Shown here: positions 19,531 through 27,190 of the stretch, one piece after another | Numbering within the stretch: position 1 is the stretch's first letter | Layout of the letters: every line of letters starts with the position of its first letter | Source: an uncultured Candidatus Peribacteria bacterium | GTDB taxonomy: Bacteria > Patescibacteriota > Gracilibacteria > GCA-2401425 | Length of the DNA stretch: 64,000 bases | Direction of reading: 5' to 3' | Assembly: GCA_964466055.1 (NCBI GenBank) | Contig: CAYXLW010000003.1 | Span: 371-64,370 of the forward strand | Notes under the pieces: model-generated | Databases searched by the model: none | The model's input: the letters and a program-made list of their open reading frames with translations, nothing else | Told to the model about the DNA's origin: nothing | Made by a program: the position numbers and the translations under genes

Positions 19531-20235
19531 TCAATGTCTAATTTCAATTTTATTAACATAATCTTCTAATTCAATTTTGAATTCTTCTAATTCTTTTTTG
19601 GAAAAACTTGAAAATTCTTTGAATTTTTCATTAAGAACCGAAATATTACGAAAGTTTTGTAGTGCCCAAAGCCTAGAATCTTTTATCATTTGCCCCATTT
19701 CCTTTAAGGTTTCTAAATCATGGCATTCAGGAAGAATGGTTGAACGAAATTCGTATTTAATATTTGAATTTTTAATTAACTCAATACTTTTAGTTATTTC
19801 TTTAATATTAATGTTCATTCTTGTTAAATCATTATATTTATTCAAAGATGTTTTAATGTCCATTGCAATATAATCTGCTAAATTTTTATCCAGTATTTTT
19901 TTTATCATTTTAGAATTAGTCCCATTTGTATCTAATTTTACTAAAAAACCCATATCCTTTATCTTTTCCATAAATTCTGGAAGATGATTATGAATAGTTG
20001 GTTCTCCTCCAGATATTACAACTCCATCAAGTTTGTCTACTCTTGTTTTCAAAAAGTTTTTTACAGCTTCAAACGGAATGAAGTTTCCTTTCATTTTCTC
20101 TAATTCTTCGGGAATTACAAATTGAGAATTATGGCAATATCCACAACGCATATTACATCCAGCTGTGAAAATAATTGCAGCTATCTTCCCTGGATAATCT
20201 AATAATGTAAATTCATTAACCGCTGTAATTAACAT
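19531..20235 (-). CDS. nrdG: anaerobic ribonucleoside-triphosphate reductase activating protein (radical SAM)
   Basis: CNMRCGYCHN is the CxxxCxxC radical-SAM cluster motif. Also GVVISGGEP, with nrdD in the same gene string. Confidence 0.9.
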   Translation of the reverse strand: MLITAVNEFTLLDYPGKIAAIIFTAGCNMRCGYCHNSQFVIPEELEKMKGNFIPFEAVKNFLKTRVDKLDGVVISGGEPTIHNHLPEFMEKIKDMGFLVKLDTNGTNSKMIKKILDKNLADYIAMDIKTSLNKYNDLTRMNINIKEITKSIELIKNSNIKYEFRSTILPECHDLETLKEMGQMIKDSRLWALQNFRNISVLNEKFKEFSSFSKKELEEFKIELEDYVNKIEIRH

Positions 20236-20242
20236 AATTTTT

Positions 20243-20485
20243 TTAGGAATTACTTTTTAAGAATTCTTCAATTTCATAAACTTCACTGCCTCTAAAAATT
20301 TCACTTTCTTCTTCAAATACAATAAATAATGGTGCGCTAATTACGTCATATTTCCCAGCAAGTTCTATAAATTTAGGATGAGTATTATCCAAAATTTCTC
20401 CCTCAAAAAAAACATTATCGTTTATATATTGTTTTATTTCAGGACACTTAGGGCAGGTTTGAGTTGTGAAAAGCAGGTATTTCAT
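20243..20485 (-). CDS. glutaredoxin/NrdH-like small thioredoxin-fold protein
   Basis: 80 aa with a CPKCP redox motif near the N-terminus. Adjacent to nrdG. Confidence 0.75.
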   Translation of the reverse strand: MKYLLFTTQTCPKCPEIKQYINDNVFFEGEILDNTHPKFIELAGKYDVISAPLFIVFEEESEIFRGSEVYEIEEFLKSNS

Positions 20486-20608
20486 AAATGTACTTGTTTA
20501 AAGAATAAAAAACAAAACTTGCATTTTAAAGTTATTATATAGTAAAATTATGATGTAGTCGGTAGTAAGTTCTAACTGTTGAGCTTCAATTGCATTGCAA
20601 TGCTGATT

Positions 20609-20636
20609 ATGCCCCAGAAAAAAGGGGCATTTTTTT
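20609..20636 (+). terminator. hairpin plus T-tract that reads as a plus-strand intrinsic terminator, although both flanking genes are on the minus strand
   Basis: ATGCCCC-AGAAAAAA-GGGGCAT followed by TTTTTTT. On the minus strand the hairpin is followed by AATCAGC, with no U-tract. Confidence 0.45.
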
Positions 20637-20637
20637 A

Positions 20638-21369
20638 TTATGGTTCTATGCTTATATATTTTGATAATTTTTCAATTCTTTTTGATAAACTTTCTATAAA
20701 TTTACGATGATATGAAATAGGCTTTTTTAAAAAATTAGACACATAATTGGAAGTATAAATATAACTCAAAACATCGGAAAATTGTATAAGGTATGAATTA
20801 AAACTTTCTACATACATTACATTATCGATAAATTGTTCAATATCTTTTTTAAAAGCACCAAAACTTGTTCCATTGTCCTTGTAATATCTGAAATCATTAA
20901 TAATTTTTTGTTCTAAGCCTTTACATCTATCCATTATAACCATGCCTAAAACTTTTTTTTCTTTTAAATATGTTTCAATCTTTTCTATTAAATACATAAA
21001 GGCAACATTGTGGGGATGAAAAGGTGTTTTGTATTTTTTTTCAAACTTACTTTTGTTAATACCTTGAGAGAAGAAGTTGATTTCATAGTGTTCAGCTATT
21101 TCAACAAACTTTTCAAATATATTAAGCCTTTCTTGTAACTTATAATGTTGAAAATATTTCTTGCCATTAAATAATTCTACTCCATGAAATTCAAAATCAT
21201 AGTTTTGAGAATGTGGTAAAAATATAGGCAAAAAACTTTTAATACTATTTTCAATTTTTTGTGCCTTATCTTTAGGAATAGTTACTCCTGAAATAAAATG
21301 TATTGGTTGATCAGCATCCCTAAGGTTCATCCCAGTATTCCCAGACTCATCAAGATAAATGAAATACAT
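20638..21369 (-). CDS. DUF3800-family protein
   Basis: The N-terminal MYFIYLDESGNTG matches the characteristic DUF3800 start (YxDESG). Size is ~240 aa. Confidence 0.65.
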   Translation of the reverse strand: MYFIYLDESGNTGMNLRDADQPIHFISGVTIPKDKAQKIENSIKSFLPIFLPHSQNYDFEFHGVELFNGKKYFQHYKLQERLNIFEKFVEIAEHYEINFFSQGINKSKFEKKYKTPFHPHNVAFMYLIEKIETYLKEKKVLGMVIMDRCKGLEQKIINDFRYYKDNGTSFGAFKKDIEQFIDNVMYVESFNSYLIQFSDVLSYIYTSNYVSNFLKKPISYHRKFIESLSKRIEKLSKYISIEP

Positions 21370-21412
21370 TTTTAATTAGTCTAAATAATATGATTTTATT
21401 CTGATGTTTTTA

Positions 21413-21622
21413 TTAACTATATTTCTTAATAAACTCAGAATTTGCTGAAATTTGTTCAAGAAATGCAATCCTTGAATAAAATTCAGATTTTTTTCCTTTG
21501 TTATACTGACTTACTGGTCTGTGATACCCCATAACTCTAGTCCAAACTTCACATTTAGTTCTTTTACAAGAGTCCTCTTTTTTATTTGGGTTAGCCGATG
21601 ATTTAGTAATTGGAGTAGTCAT
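21413..21622 (-). CDS. nrdD: glycyl-radical C-terminal segment of class III ribonucleotide reductase, encoded as a separate 69-aa ORF
   Basis: TRVMGYHRPVSQYNKGKKSEF matches the NrdD C-terminal R-V-x-G-Y...N-x-G-K glycyl radical motif. It is in the same reading frame as 21641..23779, separated by one TAA plus 6 codons. Confidence 0.8.
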   Translation of the reverse strand: MTTPITKSSANPNKKEDSCKRTKCEVWTRVMGYHRPVSQYNKGKKSEFYSRIAFLEQISANSEFIKKYS

Positions 21623-21640
21623 ATAATAAAAATTAATTTT

Positions 21641-23779
21641 TTAAAAATTGATATTCATTTTATTTATTTTCTTATTTGATGTGTAATGTTTTCTTTCATC
21701 TAAATCATATTCCTCAGAAATTTTTGAGGCATCTAATTCCTCATCACATAAAGGGCAATAATCATGTTCTCCTGCAATGTATCCATGTTTTGGACATATA
21801 GAGAACGTTGGTGAAATTGTTATGTAAGGCAGTCTATATTTCGTAAGCGCTTTTTTAACCAATTGTTTACAACTTTCGGCATTTGAAATTCGTTCAGCCA
21901 TGTATAAATGAAGAACAGTTCCTCCTGTATATTTTGTTTGAAATCTATCTTGTTTTTCTAGTGCTTCAAATGCGTCTGACGTGTATTCGACAGGGAGTTG
22001 TGTTGAGTTTGTATAATATGGGAATTCTTCTGTTCCTGCTTGAATAATATCAGGGAATCTTTTTTTGTCTTCCTTTGCAAATCTATAAGTTGTTCCTTCA
22101 GCAGGAGATGCTTCTAAATTATAAAGATTTCCTGTTTCTTCTTGAAACTCAACAAGCTTTTTTCTCATAAAATCAAGGATTTCTTCTGCAAAGTCACCGC
22201 CTTTTTCTGTAGTAATATCTTCTTCATCATTATAAAAATTTCTTATTGCTTCATTAACTCCATTAATACCAATTGTTGAAAAATGATTATTCAATTTTTT
22301 AAGATACCTTTTTGTAAAAGGGAATAAACCTCTATCTATCCAAGTTTGTATTTCCTCGCGCTTAAGTTCTAGAGATGTTTTAGCAAGTTCCATTAAATAT
22401 CCTAATCTTTCAAAAAATTCTTTTTTATTTCCTTTATTCAAATAGCCAATTCTTGGAGTACTTATTGTTACCACTCCAATAGACCCAGTCATTTCTGCTG
22501 AGCCAAAAAGTCCTCCTCCTCGCTTAAGAAGTTCATTTAAATCTAGTTGAAGACGACAACACATTGAACGAACATGATGTGGTTTAAGGTCTGAATTCAA
22601 GAAATTTTGAAAATATGGAAGTCCATATTTTGCTGCCATTTCAAATAAAAGATCTGTGTTTTTGCCTTCCCAATTAAAATCAGGAGTAATGTTATAGGTG
22701 GGGATAGGAAAGGTAAAAACTCTTCCTCTATTATCGCCTTTAGTCATAACTTCAATGTATGCTCTATTTATAATATCCATTTCTTTACTTAGTTCTTCAA
22801 ACTTTTTTTCATAATATTCACCTCCTAGTTTTAGTCTTTTATCTTTTAAATCAGGAGGACATTTCCAGTCTAATGTAATATTTGTAAATGGAGTTTGTGT
22901 TCCCCATCTAGAAGGTACGTTCAAGTTAAATACGAATGATTGCATATTATCATAAACGTATTTATATGTGCGCTCATCAATATATCTTAGTTTCTCTTCT
23001 TCGGAAGAAAAGGATATTTTGTAATTTTCTATTTCGGCTTCAATTTGTTTGGCATATTTATGAACAAAAGGAGCAAGATATGTGTCAAATGAAGAAAATG
23101 CCTGTGCCCCTGCCCATTCATTTTGAAGTGTTCCTAAAAAATTTACCATTTGTGCCATTGCAGAAGCAAGATTTTTAGGTGGAGATGATTCAACTTTATC
23201 AGGAACCCCGTTTAATCCTTCTTCAAGAAGAACTCTAAGTGACCATCCAGCACAATATCCTGAAAACATATCGAGATCATGAATATGATAATCACCATTT
23301 CGATGAGCGTCTCCTACTGATTTTGGATATACATGAGAAAGCCAATAATTTGCAGTTACTTTCCCAGAAACGTTTAAAATTAGTCCTCCCAAAGAGTATC
23401 CTTGATTTGAGTTTGCATTTACTCTCCAGTCAGATTTACTTAAATATTCTGTCATACTTTTTGCTACTTCGATTACAACATTTTTTGTAGCACGTATTTC
23501 AATCTTTTTTTGACGATAAAGAATATAAGCTTTTGCAGTATCGGCATATCCTTCTTCTATAAGAACTCTTTCAACGGTATCTTGTATTTGCTCAATTTCT
23601 GGAATAGCATCTTTAAAAGTTTTATCTAATGCATCAACAACTTTTCTTGCAAGTTTCTCAGCAATTTCTTTATCACTACCTCCAACAGATTTTGCTGCCT
23701 GATATATGGCATCTGAGATTTCTGAAGGATCAAAATCTACAATTGCTCCGTTACGTTTTTGAACTTTTATTATTGTCAT
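21641..23779 (-). CDS. nrdD: anaerobic ribonucleoside-triphosphate reductase (class III), main body with N-terminal ATP-cone and lacking the glycyl radical motif
   Basis: ATP-cone (IKVQKRNGAIVDFDPSEISDAI) followed by a long NrdD-type core. A Cys-rich zinc-ribbon region (ICPKHGYIAGEHDYCPLCDEE) sits near the end. The ORF ends in a low-complexity tail. Confidence 0.92.
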   Translation of the reverse strand: MTIIKVQKRNGAIVDFDPSEISDAIYQAAKSVGGSDKEIAEKLARKVVDALDKTFKDAIPEIEQIQDTVERVLIEEGYADTAKAYILYRQKKIEIRATKNVVIEVAKSMTEYLSKSDWRVNANSNQGYSLGGLILNVSGKVTANYWLSHVYPKSVGDAHRNGDYHIHDLDMFSGYCAGWSLRVLLEEGLNGVPDKVESSPPKNLASAMAQMVNFLGTLQNEWAGAQAFSSFDTYLAPFVHKYAKQIEAEIENYKISFSSEEEKLRYIDERTYKYVYDNMQSFVFNLNVPSRWGTQTPFTNITLDWKCPPDLKDKRLKLGGEYYEKKFEELSKEMDIINRAYIEVMTKGDNRGRVFTFPIPTYNITPDFNWEGKNTDLLFEMAAKYGLPYFQNFLNSDLKPHHVRSMCCRLQLDLNELLKRGGGLFGSAEMTGSIGVVTISTPRIGYLNKGNKKEFFERLGYLMELAKTSLELKREEIQTWIDRGLFPFTKRYLKKLNNHFSTIGINGVNEAIRNFYNDEEDITTEKGGDFAEEILDFMRKKLVEFQEETGNLYNLEASPAEGTTYRFAKEDKKRFPDIIQAGTEEFPYYTNSTQLPVEYTSDAFEALEKQDRFQTKYTGGTVLHLYMAERISNAESCKQLVKKALTKYRLPYITISPTFSICPKHGYIAGEHDYCPLCDEELDASKISEEYDLDERKHYTSNKKINKMNINF

Positions 23780-23829
23780 GAGAAAACGTTTGAGTTAAAG
23801 GATTTAAAAAAAATTGAAGAAAACAAAAA

Positions 23830-23843
23830 CGCTATATATAGCG
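23830..23843. promoter_or_regulatory. NrdR-box-like palindrome 1 (CGCTATATATAGCG)
   Basis: Perfect 14-bp palindrome resembling the published NrdR box (acaCwAtATaTwGtgt). Lies upstream of nrdD. Confidence 0.55.
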
Positions 23844-23861
23844 GATATAATTAGCATGAGC

Positions 23862-23875
23862 CACAATATATAGTG
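23862..23875. promoter_or_regulatory. NrdR-box-like palindrome 2 (CACAATATATAGTG)
   Basis: Matches the NrdR box core. Centre-to-centre distance to box 1 is 32 bp. It overlaps the predicted -10 of nrdD. Confidence 0.6.
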
Positions 23876-23893
23876 TTAATTTTATTATGACAA
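23865..23893 (-). promoter_or_regulatory. putative sigma-70 promoter of nrdD (TTGTCA-N17-TATATT)
   Basis: Hexamers read on the minus strand: -35 at 23888-23893 and -10 at 23865-23870. Confidence 0.45.
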
Positions 23894-24181
23894 GATTATC
23901 TTCTTTTGATTTTTTTAATCAGTAATTATCTAATGTGTAAATTATCTCACGTATAACTAAGAAATATGATTGTATTTAATTAGTTTTAACGGATACCCCA
24001 TTACCGAAATAAAATCTATTTTTAGATATTGACACATGTTTCACATATATGTAATAATACGCTCCTTATGTAAAATAAAAATAAAGATAGACATTTTTTT
24101 TCTTTTAAATAAGGGGGCAAATCAAGTTTTATTATTTTTTAAAAAAAATTAGCTTTTATTTAAAGTAAAAATTTGAAAGAC

Positions 24182-24210
24182 TTGACGTTTTGAAACATTT
24201 CTCCTAATAT
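24182..24210 (+). promoter_or_regulatory. putative sigma-70 promoter (TTGACG-N17-TAATAT) for the gene at 24290
   Basis: Near-consensus hexamers with 17-nt spacing, ~80 nt upstream of the ATG. Confidence 0.5.
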
Positions 24211-24289
24211 TGCTAACGAATTTTGAATCTTATTTTAAGCATTCGATTTACCGATTTAAAAACTATTTACTTATCTAACATAAATAAAC

Positions 24290-25354
24290 ATGAATGATCC
24301 AATTGTTTCAGTTATATCAAACGTTGATCTTAAGAAGGTAATTGAAGATATGTTTCTGGTTCTTACGGACAAGGAGAGGGAAGTTGTGACGAGACGTTTT
24401 AGTTTAAATAATAAACCAAAACAAACTCTAGAAAAAATAGGGAAGCATTTTAATGTGACAAGAGAAAGAATTAGGCAAATAGAGAATATTGCACTTCTTA
24501 AACTTAGGCGTCATATTTCGAATTCTCAATTACGTCATGTTAATAAAGCTGCAAAAGAAATTTTAGAAAAATCAGGAGGTTTAATGAAAGAGTCGGATCT
24601 TATTGCTGCAACACTTAACAAAATAGGGAAGAGTTCAGCTCTTGATGGTAGCATTATTAAGCTTTCTCTTGCAATAGATGAGAACCTTGGGAAAAATGAA
24701 AGATCAGGAACGCTTGAACCAGCATGGAGATTTGATGCTATTTCTATATATAACATTAAGTCTATTAACGATAATGCTTATAAGATTTTGAAGAGTAAAT
24801 CAGTAGTTGTTAAATTTATTGATCTTTATAAACAAATCCAAAAGCTTGACTTATTTCATGATAAACAACCTACCTCTGAACTCATAAAATCTTGTATTAA
24901 TATTGATAAAAGAATAAAAGAAGTAAAAGACGGATGGGGACTTATGGAGTGGAGAACAATCAATCCTAGATCCATTAGAGATAAAGCGATTATTTCTCTT
25001 CGAAAAGCAAACACTCCTTTACATTTTGTAGATATTGCAAATAAGGTTGTAGAGATAGGATTAACAAAAAAAGTTGTTACTACTCAAGCTGTTCATAATG
25101 AACTTATTAGATATCCTGAATTTGTTCTTGTAGGAAGAGGGTTATATGCTCTTAAAGAATGGGGGTACAAGCCAGGAACTGTGTCAGATGTAATTGCTGA
25201 AATATTAAAGGAAAAAGGTCCGCTTTCTAAAAAAGAAATTATAAGAGAGGTGCAGAAACAAAGAGAAGTTCAAATTGGGACAATTTCTCTTAATCTCCAA
25301 AAAAATCCTCACTTTGAGAGAGTTGGACGAGCTGTTTATGATTATGCAGCATAG
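24290..25354 (+). CDS. sigma-70 region-4 HTH protein with C-terminal HARE-HTH-like (RpoE-delta-like) domains
   Basis: QTLEKIGKHFNVTRERIRQIENIALLKLR is a typical sigma region 4.2. FVLVGRGLYALKEWGY and ERVGRAVYDY resemble HARE-HTH endings. Confidence 0.6.
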   Translation: MNDPIVSVISNVDLKKVIEDMFLVLTDKEREVVTRRFSLNNKPKQTLEKIGKHFNVTRERIRQIENIALLKLRRHISNSQLRHVNKAAKEILEKSGGLMKESDLIAATLNKIGKSSALDGSIIKLSLAIDENLGKNERSGTLEPAWRFDAISIYNIKSINDNAYKILKSKSVVVKFIDLYKQIQKLDLFHDKQPTSELIKSCINIDKRIKEVKDGWGLMEWRTINPRSIRDKAIISLRKANTPLHFVDIANKVVEIGLTKKVVTTQAVHNELIRYPEFVLVGRGLYALKEWGYKPGTVSDVIAEILKEKGPLSKKEIIREVQKQREVQIGTISLNLQKNPHFERVGRAVYDYAA

Positions 25355-25380
25355 TCGATTGAGATATCGCATTCTTTATT

Positions 25381-25407
25381 ACAGCACTAGTTTTAGTGCT
25401 GTTTTTT
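25381..25407 (+). terminator. rho-independent terminator
   Basis: ACAGCACTA-GTTT-TAGTGCTGT followed by a T run, 27 nt after the stop codon of the 24290 gene. Confidence 0.65.
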
Positions 25408-25648
25408 GTATGAATATTTGATAAAAAGAGTGTAATCTAAAATTTTTATGTTTGTTTGTACTCAAATGCTTTAAAACTTCGTTTTTTCGCACTTGGTATG
25501 ACAACATTTGTTTTATCTATGAGAAAATAAAAACAAGGTTTTTGTTTAATGATTTTTATTAAAATTTGTTTATGCTTCCTATTATAAGAAACAAAAAACA
25601 TCCTATTCTTGCAAATTGGAATAATTATTATTTGGCTTAAAACTTTAA

Positions 25649-25966
25649 CTATAAAAGAGACTCAATTTTATCTATAAAAACTTGTTTTGACTGTGCCCCA
25701 ACTAATTCATCTACTAATTCTCCATCTTTGAAAAATTTAATAGCTGGAATTCCTTGAATCTCAAATTTCATAGGTATTTCTTGGTTTTCATCTACATTCA
25801 TTTTTCCAATTATTACTTTTCCTTCATATTTATTAGCTAAATCTTCAATGATAGGTCCTATCATTTGGCATGGTCCACACCAAGGTGCCCAAAAATCAAC
25901 AACAACTAACCCTTCAGCATTTATAACTTCATCATTGAAGTTCGCATCAGTGAAAATTTTTGCCAT
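25649..25966 (-). CDS. trxA: thioredoxin
   Basis: WAPWCGPCQ active site, 105 aa. Confidence 0.93.
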   Translation of the reverse strand: MAKIFTDANFNDEVINAEGLVVVDFWAPWCGPCQMIGPIIEDLANKYEGKVIIGKMNVDENQEIPMKFEIQGIPAIKFFKDGELVDELVGAQSKQVFIDKIESLL

Positions 25967-26002
25967 ATAAAAAATTATTAAAAAACAAATTTAGAAAAAT
26001 AT

Positions 26003-26371
26003 TTACAAATTGCTTTTAGCTTCTTCTAATGCTTGTATGAAATCATCAATATGCTCAACGTCAATCATAATAGTACTCTTTCTGCCTTTACTTCTTTCCG
26101 ATATTTTTAGAAACTTCCCATATATGCTTTGCTTTAAGTCGAAGAAGTATGTTCTAAATTTTGTGGCCTCTATTTTTTTTGAGAATATTTCTTCAGCATA
26201 TGATCCTCTACCGTTTGATTGTGATCTTCCAGTAGATGAGCCACCTGATTGTGTTGATTGAGATGATGATCTTCCAGCAGATGAACCATCTGATTGGCTT
26301 GTTTTGGATGGTGGATCAATTACTGCTTTACTGTTATTATCGTCATCAAAATCTTTGAAAAAATCTTCCAT
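26003..26371 (-). CDS. PUR-alpha-like (DUF3276-type) nucleic-acid-binding protein with a low-complexity Ser/Gly/Arg N-terminus
   Basis: KKIEATKFRTYFFDLKQSIYGKFLKISERSKG resembles the PUR repeat (KRFYxDxKxNxRGxFLxIxE). The N-terminus has near-repeats SSAGRSSSQSTQSGGSSTGRSQSNGRG. Confidence 0.5.
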   Translation of the reverse strand: MEDFFKDFDDDNNSKAVIDPPSKTSQSDGSSAGRSSSQSTQSGGSSTGRSQSNGRGSYAEEIFSKKIEATKFRTYFFDLKQSIYGKFLKISERSKGRKSTIMIDVEHIDDFIQALEEAKSNL

Positions 26372-26392
26372 AGTGTTAATTTAATTAAAAGT

Positions 26393-27076
26393 CTATTTCT
26401 TATTTTTAAGCATAGTAGTAACAACATGACCTAAAATGAACTCAAGAGATTTCATCGCATCATCATTTGCTGGAACAAAATAATTGTAAAAATCAGGGTC
26501 AACATTTGAATCTGCTATTCCTAGAACTTCAATTCCTATTTTTTTTGCTTCATCAAGAGCAATTTTATCTCTTAATCCATCAATAACAAAAACTGCATCT
26601 GGTAATCTATTCATATCAGACACTCCTCCAAATGCTGTTTCTAGTTTTTCTAATTCTTTTGTAAATTGTGACTGTTCTTTTTTTGTGTATCTTTGGATAT
26701 TCCCTGTTGCAAACTCTTCTTTTAATTTTTTCATATAAAGAATTCGAGTTTTCACTGTTGAGAAATTTGTAAGTAACCCTCCAATCCATTTATGAGAAAC
26801 AATTGGCATTCCAGTTTCTTCTTTTATTTGAGTTAATATATCTCTTGTATGAGGCTTTGTGCTAACAAATAAAATTGTTTTTCCAGATTTTATTACTTCA
26901 GCAACTCGGTTAAGAAGCTCTGCTAATTTTTCTGCAGACTTATTTAAATCAAAAATATGAATACCGTCTTTTTTAGCACACAGATATTTTTTCATTTTAG
27001 GGTTCCATCGAGATGACTTCTGCCCGTAAAGGCATGCGTTGTCAAAAAGACTTTGAGGGGTAATTGTTGCTGTCAT
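26393..27076 (-). CDS. rpsB: 30S ribosomal protein S2
   Basis: Typical S2 pattern throughout (GIHIFDLNKS, ILFVSTK, RWIGGLLTN-like, PDAVFVID). Confidence 0.95.
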   Translation of the reverse strand: MTATITPQSLFDNACLYGQKSSRWNPKMKKYLCAKKDGIHIFDLNKSAEKLAELLNRVAEVIKSGKTILFVSTKPHTRDILTQIKEETGMPIVSHKWIGGLLTNFSTVKTRILYMKKLKEEFATGNIQRYTKKEQSQFTKELEKLETAFGGVSDMNRLPDAVFVIDGLRDKIALDEAKKIGIEVLGIADSNVDPDFYNYFVPANDDAMKSLEFILGHVVTTMLKNKK

Positions 27077-27190
27077 GAAAGGATAATTATTAATCTATTT
27101 GCCATAAAAATAAGCTCGGCAATTTTAGTTATTTCTTTTGAAAAGTCAAACGTTTCTCATTTATTGTTTTTGGCTTGTATTAAATTATTT

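Noticed and set aside
21641-21643. Possibility that in-frame TAA codons (here and at 55894) reflect an alternative genetic code, or that TGA is recoded as in some CPR lineages
   Set aside because: TAA terminates many conserved genes at their expected lengths (gltX, ftsK, recA and others). TGA ends pdxT at the expected position, with an ATGA overlap to the next gene. Long conserved ORFs contain no other internal stops. The standard code fits.
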